Of a stretch of DNA of 32,081 nt, positions 12,901-23,929 are shown in pieces. The notes beneath the pieces are model-generated. The model was not told the origin of the DNA, searched no databases, and saw only the letters and a program-made list of their open reading frames with translations. The stretch lies in NCBI GenBank assembly GCA_000934665.2, contig JYFJ02004447.1:1-32081 (forward strand), given 5' to 3'. The translations under genes and the position numbers were made by a program. The stretch is from Catajapyx aquilonaris (Eukaryota). The stretch's first letter is position 1. Each line of letters starts with the position of its first letter.

Positions 12901-13764
12901 ATAGGGCTTCCATGGAATTTGATAATGCTCGCTTCACATGTTTCGAGGTCATTTGAAACTTTAAAACAATGCCAATACTTTTTACAACTCGAAGAATTTC
13001 TCTATAAGAAAAAAAAACTTTCACTTTTTCATCTGATATTATTAGAAACAACACACACTCAACATACGGTACATGCTATTAACGGTGCGCCTTCATATAA
13101 GAGCACCCTTGGGCAATCAGTGTATAAATGGTAGCCTGAGAAGTATCACATATACGTATATCACATTAGCAACCTTTTGTGTGTGTACAGTGTCTACACT
13201 GTTGCTAGCAGAAATGATTGTATCGAAAGTGTCTTGCGAAACAAAGGCTGGAGCGACAATGGAAAAGGTTGCATTGTACATTATAATATTCCATTTTGTC
13301 CTTCTCGTCGCAGGATATCTACCAGAACTTACTTATAACTGAAGGAGTCGCACGCAAAAATACTCGATACAAATTCCTTATAGGTTTTTAAATGTTCTTA
13401 ATAAAAATATTCCTTTCTTCAAAATAATCAAAACGTAATATGTGACGATTTAATTTCAAGACAGAGAAGCTCGAGCCTATCAGAACTTGACGTTTTTCTT
13501 GATTTTCTGTAAGTGTGTTCAGACTGGATTTTTTTCACCCGGAGTTCCAGGGTAACCGGCACCACCTGGTCTAAACAGCCCTTGACAAAATATATAGCTT
13601 TAAATCCCGCTTAAAGTAACCTTGAAGCTGTCTTCTAGCAAACTCGAAGTCACATGGCTAAAATAAAAAATATAATACTCTGGAAAAACCCGGAGGCCAC
13701 AACCCAAACCTGGTCATCGCACGGACAAGGAATGCAAAAGTGAAGGACCTGCCGAAAAAAACAC

Positions 13765-13788
<24 letters not shown>
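13765..13788. repeat. (AG)12 microsatellite
   Basis: Perfect AG dinucleotide run. Confidence 0.9.
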
Positions 13789-13795
<7 letters not shown>

Positions 13796-14840
13796 AAATA
13801 ATAAACTCTTTCGTAAAACCTTCAAACTCCCTAGCCAATGAAACTGACACGCAACATGACGTCAATTCTGACCATGTCCTCGAACCATGCCCTACCACAA
13901 GGCGCATCTATGAATACATTATTAAATATTAAGTTATACTTTTTATATTGCGTTTTCAAGAAGGGTTGCTGTAAACCAGTTTTCCCTCTTCAGTTTCAGG
14001 GTCTGAGTTTTCTCAACACCACGAAGCTGCAAAAGACGATGCGACTTCTCGCGTATTCCCCACCTGCGTAATGCCACTGCTATACCACTTAATTATTACA
14101 TAACATGTAACTATATGAAAATGATGTAATGAGCCCCTATGACATAAGACAATTCAGTTTCAGAAATCCCGCAAAGTTAATTCTACGTCAAAGATCAAAT
14201 GATACGCATAAACATTCAAAAAAATGGGACTTATTCCTTAAGTACCTCCTACTATGTTCATGACTTATGAGGTGCTTTGTTTAAATAGCTATTCTTGCGT
14301 CACAATTTTGCCTTTTGCATGTTGATCAGTTTTTGTCTTACATCACTGGACATTTCAGGTCTTATACTGATGCTGCGATGGTCATGTGACGCATATATCA
14401 ACGGGTTACAACAAAAAACAGGTTATTTTCCAGAAATATTAATGTCCTCGTGTTAAACATAATTTTTCTGTAAGCAACAATTTATGGACGTGACTCCAAG
14501 TAGATTTCAGCTGGAGTAACAGTGTGCCCAATATGGATTCAGTGACCTCGTGCGTCCTTGTCTTGAGTGCTGAGTAAGAGATCAATCTTCCTGCACTGCA
14601 TTGGAATGTCGGTTCACTGGGATTACTTGATGTGGAAAAGGACTGTGTGCTGGGCACCTTGAGTGAGCTCCATGGGGAATCAGATTTATCACTTGTTCCC
14701 TGACGTTTTGCAGGTGATACATGAATCAGCGTCGTCGTTGATAGTGGCAACATTGCCCTGTGTTGGCTTGAGTAACTTAGCAATAGAGAAAGTGTAGTTC
14801 AAAGCGTGTCAACAACCGGCAAAATCAAGAGTAGTACAGC

Positions 14841-16065
14841 ATGGCTTGTTCTGTTAAATTGCACAGTGCAAGTGAGGTAGGATCAAGGGTGAAATACATC
14901 AGAGATGACAAACACTTAGAAGAGCTGCACCATAAGTACTTGTGCACCAGAGACCCGAATGACAAAATAGGCAACGAAGTCTTGATGGAATATGTGATAA
15001 GAACTGTACGTCCAAATGCACATTAGAAAGGTGTAATAATATTGTTACCAGCATGTTTCTCTTGTTCTTTCTGTCTGGGCAAAAAAAGAGGAAATCACAA
15101 AGTGCACCAGATGGCAAACGAAGCTACGGCTTGCATGCTGAACAGGAACGTCACAGTGCTCTTCATCCAAAAGAGCGGAGAAAGATGATTCGCAAGGAAA
15201 GGAAAGAATTGGTGAGTATCTTAATGTCCCGTGATTTTTTAGCTGAGGATTGTGCAGAAAATGAATCTTCTTCTGCATGAAAAAGAGTCAAGTATTAAAG
15301 TAATATTTGCAAGTATAACAGGTCAGATTTTTCATTCCCATTGCCAGTCAGCAGTGCTGCTACTGGTTTTAGTTAGTAATCTCTGTAAAATTAACGTGAT
15401 TCAGGCTTGACACTTTAACTTGCTGTTATTGATTCCAGAATAGGAGGCTTGGTCCTGGCTACTACACGGTGGAGCGATGGCCACCCACCCCACCACCACG
15501 TCGCCTCACTCGTCAGGAAATGGCAAATCTGAGAGAAAATGGTGTTCAGGAGAAGCCTAAACCCAAGTCTGTGTCCAAGATGTTCATCTTCAAAAAACCA
15601 AAGCCTGCTAAAAAGAAGCCAGTGTCCAAATGTCAAAAAAAGGTCAGATGTCTTTTTTCTGACCCAGTTCATGTCACATTTGAGCTGGGGGATTGTGCAG
15701 AAAATTAATATTCTTCTGCATGAAAAGAGGAGTCTTAAATATGTGCAGTCTGGCAATCCCCATACTTCAGTACCATAATTTCTAACAGAACAGACTTCTT
15801 TCAGCTTCAGCAACCTCCTTCGCCCTTGTGGTTCATGCCGGTTGGATACCAGTGCACTACATACTTAGCTGACTACGTGGAACCCACGCCTGAGCCTGAA
15901 CAGGCCAAGTGTCCTATTGACATAAACTACCTGAGGAACTACAAGAAAATGGCAAAAGAGTGGACATATTCTCCCATCCCTGACACCCCCAAATCTCAGG
16001 AAAAAACAAAGATCCCATTTCACCTTAGAAAGGGTGGAGAGACCAAGTGGTACATATACATTTAA
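14841..16065 (+). CDS. Uncharacterised 250-aa basic protein, candidate ciliary/sperm microtubule-associated protein; join(14841..15005,15089..15211,15439..15642,15805..16065)
   Basis: Four ORF-track fragments join into one open frame through three phase-0 GT-AG introns. Donors are ACT|GTACGT, TTG|GTGAGT and AAG|GTCAGA. Acceptors are AAG|AGG after a pyrimidine tract, TTCCAG|AAT, and TTTCAG|CTT with a CTAAC branch point at 15782. The protein contains LGPGYY (15448-15465) and TTYLADY (15856-15876). Confidence 0.75.
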
Positions 16066-17388
16066 ACAAGTGCACTTTGCACTCTGCAACACAAACACAG
16101 CTAGGCCTGTAAATACTCAGAGCAGGGCCTATTATTTCCGTACCTGATTGCTCAATCAGTAGAGCATAAGGTTGGGGATTCTGTTTCAGGCAAAGGGTTG
16201 ATAATTATTATTTTAAAATAATGCAAAAGGCCAAAAAAGGATCTCAGTATACAGGAACAGCTCAAGAAACTTGTACAAGGATGCAATATATTTTTTATTG
16301 AAAGACAGTCATATCTTTTTTTTTTTTAAAAAAAAAGCACAAGAACATGTTACTCCACTTTTCAATAATGCAGACCCAAAAATGCTTTTCAAATGAATAT
16401 TTTGTTTCTCTTCTTTGGGATCAAGGTACTAGTCTTTTCGTATCATGTCTTTTGTTTTTTGTTAAGAACTCGAGTGTGATACATTGCAGCAAGGCTTTAC
16501 ACAGCTAAATCTCACACGAGTAGGGCAATGCAAATGGCACATTATGACTTGACATCCCTAACAATCCCCATTCCCATTCTGCAACTGTGGGAATATAAGT
16601 TCCACATGCTTTAAAAAACTGTAAAAATGTCCTTACCCACACAATGTACAAAACATGTAAAAGTAACAAAAGACTGAGCAATTAATATAAGTAAAAAATA
16701 TCAACCTAAAATAAAATAACACTGGTGCATCTCACATGAGGCCTCTGGATAACCGTCAGAGATTATGAAATTTTATTGCTCCGTCAGTTTTACTCCTAAC
16801 TCGCACCATTCTATTTGGAGGGGGAACATTATTCGAATATTCAAGGTTTTGCTGGAATTAGGCATTTTGTTGCTGCATAAACACATTCACTTGCACTGCA
16901 TTCATTCCTGCATTACTGGTATGTCTTGTTGACATATCCATCTTCAAGACTGTTAATCACATCCTACACCATGTGAATTCTCAGAGTGACTTTTTATTCT
17001 TTGCTCAATGGTACTTCAGGGGCCCATACATAGAAAGAAGTATGATGTGACACACATTTAGTGTCACTCTTATTTTCGTGTGTTTGCTGTCTTCTTGTGT
17101 TGAAAGAGAACATCAACGCAACATAATATTCAAAGTGGACGTCAACCATTTACAGACTACATCACCTACACAACAGCATAACCAGGGACGACAATGTCGA
17201 CACTGCTTAGAACATCTAGCAGATACTCTCTTCCCCTCCCCTCTTCACCTTTTGTGCGTCTGATCAGGGTTCCATTACAGTCATTTGAGATGACAAGGAA
17301 TGCAACATAATTATTGTGATTCTTTTGTTATCGCTGGCTTCCCCTTCCATTAGGGATAAGCAATTATGTAAATTAACTAAAGACTATA

Positions 17389-17643
17389 AGGGCGACACGG
17401 TGGCGGAGTGGTTAGCACCACAGCCTTCCACCTCTAAGGTCCCGAGTTCGATCCCCGGGAGGATACTTATGTGGATCGAGTTTCGATGGGTTCTCTCCGT
17501 GTTCACGTGGGTTTTCTCGGGGTTCTCCCATTTCCTCCAGCAATCAAAATCCATCACACGCAGGTAATGATTAAAGTCGGTTCACGAAAAGAAGATCCCC
17601 TAAGAGGCCCAAGGCCTGTCACGGGGTATCCATTATGATTAAA
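17389..17643 (+). mobile_element. Apparently full-length tRNA-derived SINE with a V-SINE/Meta-type central domain
   Basis: A box TGGCGGAGTGG and B box GAGTTCGATCCC, followed by GGGTTTTCTCGGGGTTCTCCCATTTCCTCC and an A/T-rich end. Flanked by a near-perfect TSD: TAAAGACTATA (17378-17388) and TAAAGACTGTA (17644-17654). Confidence 0.8.
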
Positions 17644-18811
17644 TAAAGACTGTATTGAAATGATGCCAATTGTCAAGCTCCAGTTGGCATTTAGGTAAAA
17701 ACTACAGAGCAGCTACATCAACGCAATGATGGATAGTTATCAGGCAAACAAATAATTATTTCTGATTATCGTTTGCATAGGCCATACCATTACGCGTTTT
17801 ATTTATTCCAATTTCAATGTAGAAAAGCAAAGCACAATTGAAGTACTCAACTTGAAATTTTGTTTTAATGATATTGAACAAAAAAGCCAGGAACAGCATT
17901 GGAAGACTATTCTTGCAGACGTTTTCCATTCCCATGACAACAAATGTCACATCCAACTATTTTTTAGTCATGTTAATCCATTTTTGGGAAGAGCTTAAAT
18001 TATGGCCCTCATGCAAGTTATTGGCCACCAGTTGCCATTATGGCCTATTTCTTGCAAGTTACTTGTTGCATGGCCAAGATATGAAAGAGGAAACGATAAA
18101 CATGTGTCATTCACGATCTGAAATTATTGTAACATCAGAAGATCAAGAGACAAGCATTTTCAGTGAATCCCAACTATAGTTTTACGGGTTCTCTCTGCAT
18201 TCCCCCCTTAACTCTCTTTCAAAGCCCATGAACACTTAGGGCTTCTAATTAAGTCACATGAAGCAAAAAGTCCCTTGCCTATGACTATATGACGAAGGAG
18301 GCCTCACAGAATTACTATTATCACCCTCAATTGGTACCAATGATCACTTGTAGGATCAAATATCAGCATAATTGCAAGTGAATGTTCATTTGGAAAATGC
18401 CTCTGCCAGTGTTGCTCATCACACAAGCTTTCCAATAGCTTTGAAAAGTTGTCACTCCTAAAGGTAGTAAACGTTCTTTGTAGAAAGAGTGAGAAGTACA
18501 CCTTTTCCATTAGGGGCATCCCTCAGAATTTAAGGAGTAAAATATTGTACATCAACAAAATCCCAAAATCTCAACATATCCCAGGGGCCAGTCACGATCA
18601 GTCCTCTTAAAAAGTAACCTAAATGCAATCGACAAATTAAATGCTGTTATTACTTACGGCCAAAGTTTGGTATCATATGTACACAACACTCACTCACAGA
18701 TCTCTTCCCCAACCACTCCTGATTTCTTTGCACTATAAACACCTTCTGAGTGGCAGCCTCAGCATGTTGAGTACCGAAAACACTGCAATGAACCATGAGA
18801 TCGCTGCCCAC

Positions 18812-21231
18812 TCAGATGTTGGATATCTTAGCCTCAGGACCGCAACCATAAGGCGATCCTGGTGGAGGAAGCCTAACCACCAGCTGGGCAGCTGGGCTGG
18901 GGAAGCCCATGCCTGGATAGGGGCAGGGGTTTTGGTGGGACATGACCTGTGAGGAACTGCAGGAGGTCTGGGCTTGCTGCTGGGGAGCCACCATCCTCTG
19001 GGTCGCTGTACTCAAGTTGGTGGAGCCAGTGTTGTTGGATGGGCCCGTGTTGCTTGAGTGCTGGGAACCTGAGTGATGAGTGCTCAAGCTGCGGCTGCCA
19101 CTCAGATTGCTGGGAAACAAACAGGTTTCATTAATTGGCAAGACTGCAATTTAGCCACTATTCAACAACAAAAGGCAGTCATAAAATAGCTGGAGAAGAC
19201 AGCTTGTGTACAACACCTTGCTAATCCAGGTGGGATCCCAAGCAAGCCCTGCCAGGATCTCAGCTGCGTATGAACATCCCTAAAAGATGGCCTTCTGGCT
19301 GGCACCTCATGCCAGCACTCAATCATGAGAGCATAGACTCTTGAGGGGCAGTCCTCTGGACATGGGAGCAGTTGCTGGGATCGGATCATGTCAATGACTT
19401 CCTGATTGCTGTACCCATAGTATGGTTGCAAACCATAGCTGTAAATCTCCCACAGGACCACCCCAAAGCTCCACACATCTGATTCAGTGGTAAACTTTCC
19501 ATACAATATGGATTCTGGTGGCATCCAGCGGACAGGAAGAAGGGACTTGGACTGGACGCGGTAGTAGTCCGAGGAGTATATGTCCCGAGAAAGGCCAAAA
19601 TCAGATATCTTAACCGTCATAGAATCACCCACCAAGCAGTTTCGGGCAGCAAGGTCACGATGGACATAATGGTGCCCAGCTAGGTAGTCCATTCCTGAGA
19701 AAAACAGGATTTCATCCCTAGTAACTCTTGCACATAACATTTGATTAATTTCTTTTCAAGATATTAAATTCAAACTTACCTGCAGCAATTTGCAATGCAA
19801 TGAGCAGAAAATCACCCTGCTCCAAGATGCGCAAATTCCCATCGTCACTACATGCTGATACGTCTGACCTTGGAGAATGTGCTATCAGAAACTCATGCAA
19901 GTCGCCGTGGTTCATGTACTCAAATAACATGCACATGGGCTCCTCCTTCATCACAACTCCGAGGAGGCAGACAATGTTTGGGTGACGCAAGTCCGTCATG
20001 AGCTCAGCCTCTCGCTGGAAGTCCTGCCGTGTCTTTGCAGTTGCATTGGCTTTGAGCGTCTTCACTGCCACTTGGGTTATATTCCCTGTTGCACCCATCA
20101 GTTCCCCCTTGTACACCTTCCCAAAAGCACCTTCTCCCAACTCCTGCAGGAACCGGACGTTCGCCAGGGGAAATTCAGTTGCCCTCACAACCGCCTTCGG
20201 CAACAGGCTGCTCAGCTCCACGTGCTGCTGACCAGTGGATGGTCGTAACAAGCTGCCAGTTATGGATCCATTCTTGGTTCCAGTACCCACTCCGCCCACT
20301 CGGAGGCTCCCAACCCCCATACCAGCCACACCACCCATGCCCATCCCACCCAGGGAACCCAACCCAACCGCTCCAGCAGCTTTCGGGCCACGGGATCTCC
20401 TGCATCGCCATCCACACCACAGAGCCAATGCAGTCAGGAGTAAAGCAGCACCTCCTAGGCTTGGGACGAGGACGTACAGCCACAGGGTGTCCGCTGAAAT
20501 AATTGACGTCAGTTGAACTCAACAATTTATCCCCTAAAAAGGGTTATGACTTAAAAGGGGCTTCATAATTAATTAATTAATAAATGAACTCAACAATTTC
20601 CATTTTCAAAATAATATTTGAAATTATATCTCCTTTTTTTCAAAAGAAATATTATGGGTGCACAATGGAAGGCAATGGAAGCAGCATTTCAAGTGCTCAA
20701 ATGCTACACTTACTGCATTGAGGAACAGAGCAGATCTCTCTCCTGACGTGATCAGTGTCCGTGAAGCACCAGGGCTGACCCTCTCCTCCGCCTGGATTCC
20801 GACAGTAATTATGTCCCCCTATGAGTTCTGGATGGTCCGACGTCTTCAGCAGAAACTGATGGCTCCACGGTCTGCATGGCAATCCAGATGCAGTGAGAGA
20901 AAAGGTCCCCCTGTATCCCTCACCAGTCCCCGTGTAGCAAGAGTGGTTCTCCACCACCTGGTGCAGCAATGGGAGACCCAGGCGGATGCAACCAACACTG
21001 TCCCTGGATCCTACTGGTGGAAGCTCATCGCACTCGGGAATAACAAGCTGCTGGCCTATCAGTGGGTGTCTCTTGGCAATAGCGTACTCCATACGGCAGA
21101 CCTCATGCTCCAGGAGCTCACATTCCTCACGGCAAATACGACGTGGCCCGCCTTTTATCCCACCACACAATGGAAAGGCAGAGAAGCACAGTGATGGGAA
21201 GGCAAAGTCTGAACAGCGTTGAGACAAGTCG
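18812..21231 (-). CDS. Ror: Receptor tyrosine kinase Ror, 5'-partial (~668 aa in window); complement(join(18812..19109,19217..19694,19780..20493,20714..21231))
   Basis: C-terminal half of the Frizzled-CRD ([17 protein letters not shown]...[18 protein letters not shown]), a kringle ([11 protein letters not shown]...[14 protein letters not shown]), a TM helix ([24 protein letters not shown]), and a kinase with [66 protein letters not shown]. The tail is Ser/Thr- then Pro-rich. Three GT-AG introns with matching phases (1,1,2). An acceptor TTATTCCAG lies immediately above 21231. Confidence 0.95.
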
Positions 21232-21316
21232 CTGGAATAACGAAAGTGGCAATTAACTGTCATGTCCCGCTCTCCTAATAGCCCAGGCATAATAGGTTTT
21301 TACCTTGAAATAAATA

Positions 21317-21939
21317 CCGTATTTACGCGCATATAAGATGCACCTTTTTCCGAGTTTTGTAGCTCAAAAAGTAGGGTGCGTCTTATACGTGTGTGCGTCT
21401 TATATGGCAGGGCACAACGGGTGAAACCCGTGAGAAATCGTGAAAATCGTTTAAATTTTAAAACATCGATGGGCACCCATTTCAGCTTCCATTGACGAAC
21501 CATGCATTCATTCACGCCGAATTGCCTTGCAGCTTGTCGGTTTGATGTCCTGTCAGCACAGTTATCACTTTCCTCTTGAAATCGGCATGGCACGACCTGC
21601 GTTTCTCCTTCACTTCCATTGTTATGCTCTCCCCGTCCACACATGTGCACAATTCCGGTGTGACCTTGCCACCTATACCTTTCAGATGCGTAGCATTGTC
21701 CCATTTTCCACTTGCCCCCCCCNCCCCCCCCCCCCCCCCATTTTACTGGATTCTAATGGATTCCACACGCACATGCATTGCACACGAGGTTGCTGCCAGC
21801 AGCTCGAGGCCAGTTCCCAAACTACGGCAATAAATCTGGGTGCGTCTTATATGAGTCAACAACCGATTTTCCACGATTTTTCGCCTCAAAACCGGGGTGC
21901 GTCTTATACACGTGTGCGTCTATATGCGAGTAAATACGG
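21317..21939 (-). mobile_element. Non-autonomous pogo/Tc1-mariner element with a Brinker DNA-binding domain transposase remnant
   Basis: TA TSDs at 21315-16 and 21940-41. TIRs are CCGTATTTACGCGCATATAAGATGCAC and, reverse-complemented, CCGTATTTACTCGCATATAGACGCAC, with repeated GGGTGCGTCTTATA subterminal motifs. Minus strand 21479-21619 encodes MEVKEKRRSCHADFKRKVIT/(frameshift)CADRTSNRQAARQFGVNECMVRQWKLK. Confidence 0.85.
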
Positions 21940-22395
21940 TAGTCATGTTTTTAATTAAATGATCAAAACAAAACACATTTGTACAAGAGCACATCTCATA
22001 AACGGCAAGTTCCTGCATTGCAGGCATGTATCATTTGGACTGCTACTCGAGTCGAAGCAGAATTCGGAAGGCGTTTGGAACGCATCAGGCCTCTCTTCTA
22101 AATAGCCAGCTTTGTAAAATGCGTACTTAATGAAGTTAACAAACCGAGGAGCCAAAAACTGAAAATGAGTGAGTGCCTGCAGGAGAAGAAAGTTCTCATG
22201 TTGTCAGATTGCATAGTCAGGGCCAATATACAAAGACAAATCAGTTACATACTTCACAAAATTTTTGTATGGGTGGAAGAAATACATATCTAGGGGCTGC
22301 AGTCGCTGCACCAACCCGGTGCACTTGGGTGGCAAGTAGCACAATAATGTTTCCATCTGGTGGAACTTTTTGCTCTATTGCAGCATTATTTGTAA

Positions 22396-23750
22396 TAGTC
22401 CGGACGTTAAGGGACGAATAATGGGTCAACCGTGCATTTAGTGAAAAAAGCATGAAATTTGGTACAAATGTCCCTGAGAGCATACTCTTCAAATTCAGAT
22501 ATGGCGCCACGCCCGTTTTCGCCCAGGAGGCGGGTTGGCTACACTGAAGCGAGTGACAAGTCTTTTTCTGAGCGAACTATGCTTCCTAGGCGGATATGTG
22601 CCAAACAAATGTTGTGGGGAAACATGTATCCTACAAAAAGTATATAGTAACCTTTCCACGTACGGTCCGTATTTTCGGAGCTACAGCGACTTGAACCAAA
22701 TTAAGGGACGAAAAAAAAGGCAACCGTGCATTGGTGAAATTTTGTAGGAATATCCCTGGGACCATACTCCTCCAATCCAGATATGGCGCCACGGCCGTTT
22801 TCGCCCAGGTGGCCCGTAATTGCGGGTTGGCTACCTTGAAGCCAGTTAAAGGTCTTTTCTGAGCGAACTATGCTTCTCAGGAGGAAAGGTGCCAAACAAA
22901 GGTTGTACAGAAACATGTACTCTACAAAAAGTATGAAGTGCCTTTTCCACTTAGAGTCCTTATTTTCGTAGCTACAGCAACTTTAAAATGACTTCTCACT
23001 CTCTGAAGGGTAGCCAACCCGCAATTACGGGCCTCCTGGGCGAAAACGGGGGTGGCGCCACATCTGAATTGGAAGAGTATGGTCTCAGGGACATTCTTAC
23101 CAAATTTCATGCATTCATCACCAAAGTGCATGGTTGACCCTTAATTCCCTTTATTCCATTACTATGGGTTCAAGTCACTGTAGCTCTGAAAATAAGAACT
23201 CTACGTGGAAAAGGTACTTATACATTTTTGTAGAACACATGTTTCTGTACAACCTTTGATTGGCACATTTCCTCCTGAGAAGCATAGTTCGCTCAGAAAA
23301 AGACTTTTCACTCTCTGAAGGGTAGCCAACCGGCAATTACGGGCCACCTGGGCGAAAACGGCCGTGGGGCCACATCTGGATTGGAAGAGTATGGTCTCAG
23401 GGACATTCCTACCAAATTTCACCAATTCACGGTAGACTTTTTTTTCGTCCCTTAATTTGGTTCAAGTCGCCGTAGCTCCGAAAATACGGTCCGTACGTGG
23501 AAAGGTTACTATATACTTTTTGTAGCATACATGTTTCCCCACAACATTTGTTTGGCACATATCCGCCTAGGAAGCATAGTTCGCTCAGAAAAAGACTTGT
23601 CACTCGCTTCAGGTTAGCCAACCCGCCTCCTGGGCGAAAACGGGCGTGGCGCCATATCTGAATTTGAAGAGTATGCTCTCAGGGACATTTGTACCAAATT
23701 TCATGCTTTTTTCACCAAATGCACGGTTGAATCCCTTAACGTCTGGACTA
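22396..23750. mobile_element. Fold-back non-autonomous DNA transposon (Academ-like termini) built from ~290-bp modules
   Basis: Termini TAGTCCGGACGTTAAGGGA ... TCCCTTAACGTCTGGACTA with a 3-bp TSD TAA (22393-95, 23751-53). Two forward modules (start 22407 and 22701) face one partial and two complete reverse modules. The outer modules are ~98% identical. The superfamily assignment rests on termini and TSD only. Confidence 0.85.
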
Positions 23751-23929
23751 TAAAGTAAGTCCATGAGTCAAGAATGCACATGTCAATGTTTTTCATTTCA
23801 TCTGCAAGTGGCTTATGCTGCTGGCTTACGACAAATTAGGGAACCTGATTTTCTACATTTTTCAAGAGTAGGCTATAAGCTGGATTTGATGCCAATCGGG
23901 CATGTAATTTGAGAGAAAATAATTTTGTT

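Noticed and set aside
14737..14751. X-box-like GTTGATAGTGGCAAC upstream of the orphan gene
   Set aside because: One half-site deviates from consensus, and an acceptor at 14713 suggests this lies in a 5'UTR exon rather than the promoter. Too weak to call.
15243..15285. Hammerhead ribozyme (CTGAGGA...stem...GAAA)
   Set aside because: Extra unpaired bases follow the core, there are no convincing stems I/III or cleavage triplet, and the paralogous intron-3 copy lacks CTGANGA.
19800..21222. Plus-strand ORFs of up to 178 aa overlapping Ror
   Set aside because: They are antisense shadows of GC-rich Ror exons with no recognisable domains.
21715..21739. Poly-C run containing an N
   Set aside because: A homopolymer with an assembly ambiguity inside the MITE. 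No functional inference is possible.
22396..23750. CRISPR array or repeat-encoded small proteins
   Set aside because: Units are ~290 bp, have no unique spacers, switch orientation and are bounded by TIRs and a TSD. The duplicated 60-74 aa ORFs are by-products of the repeats.
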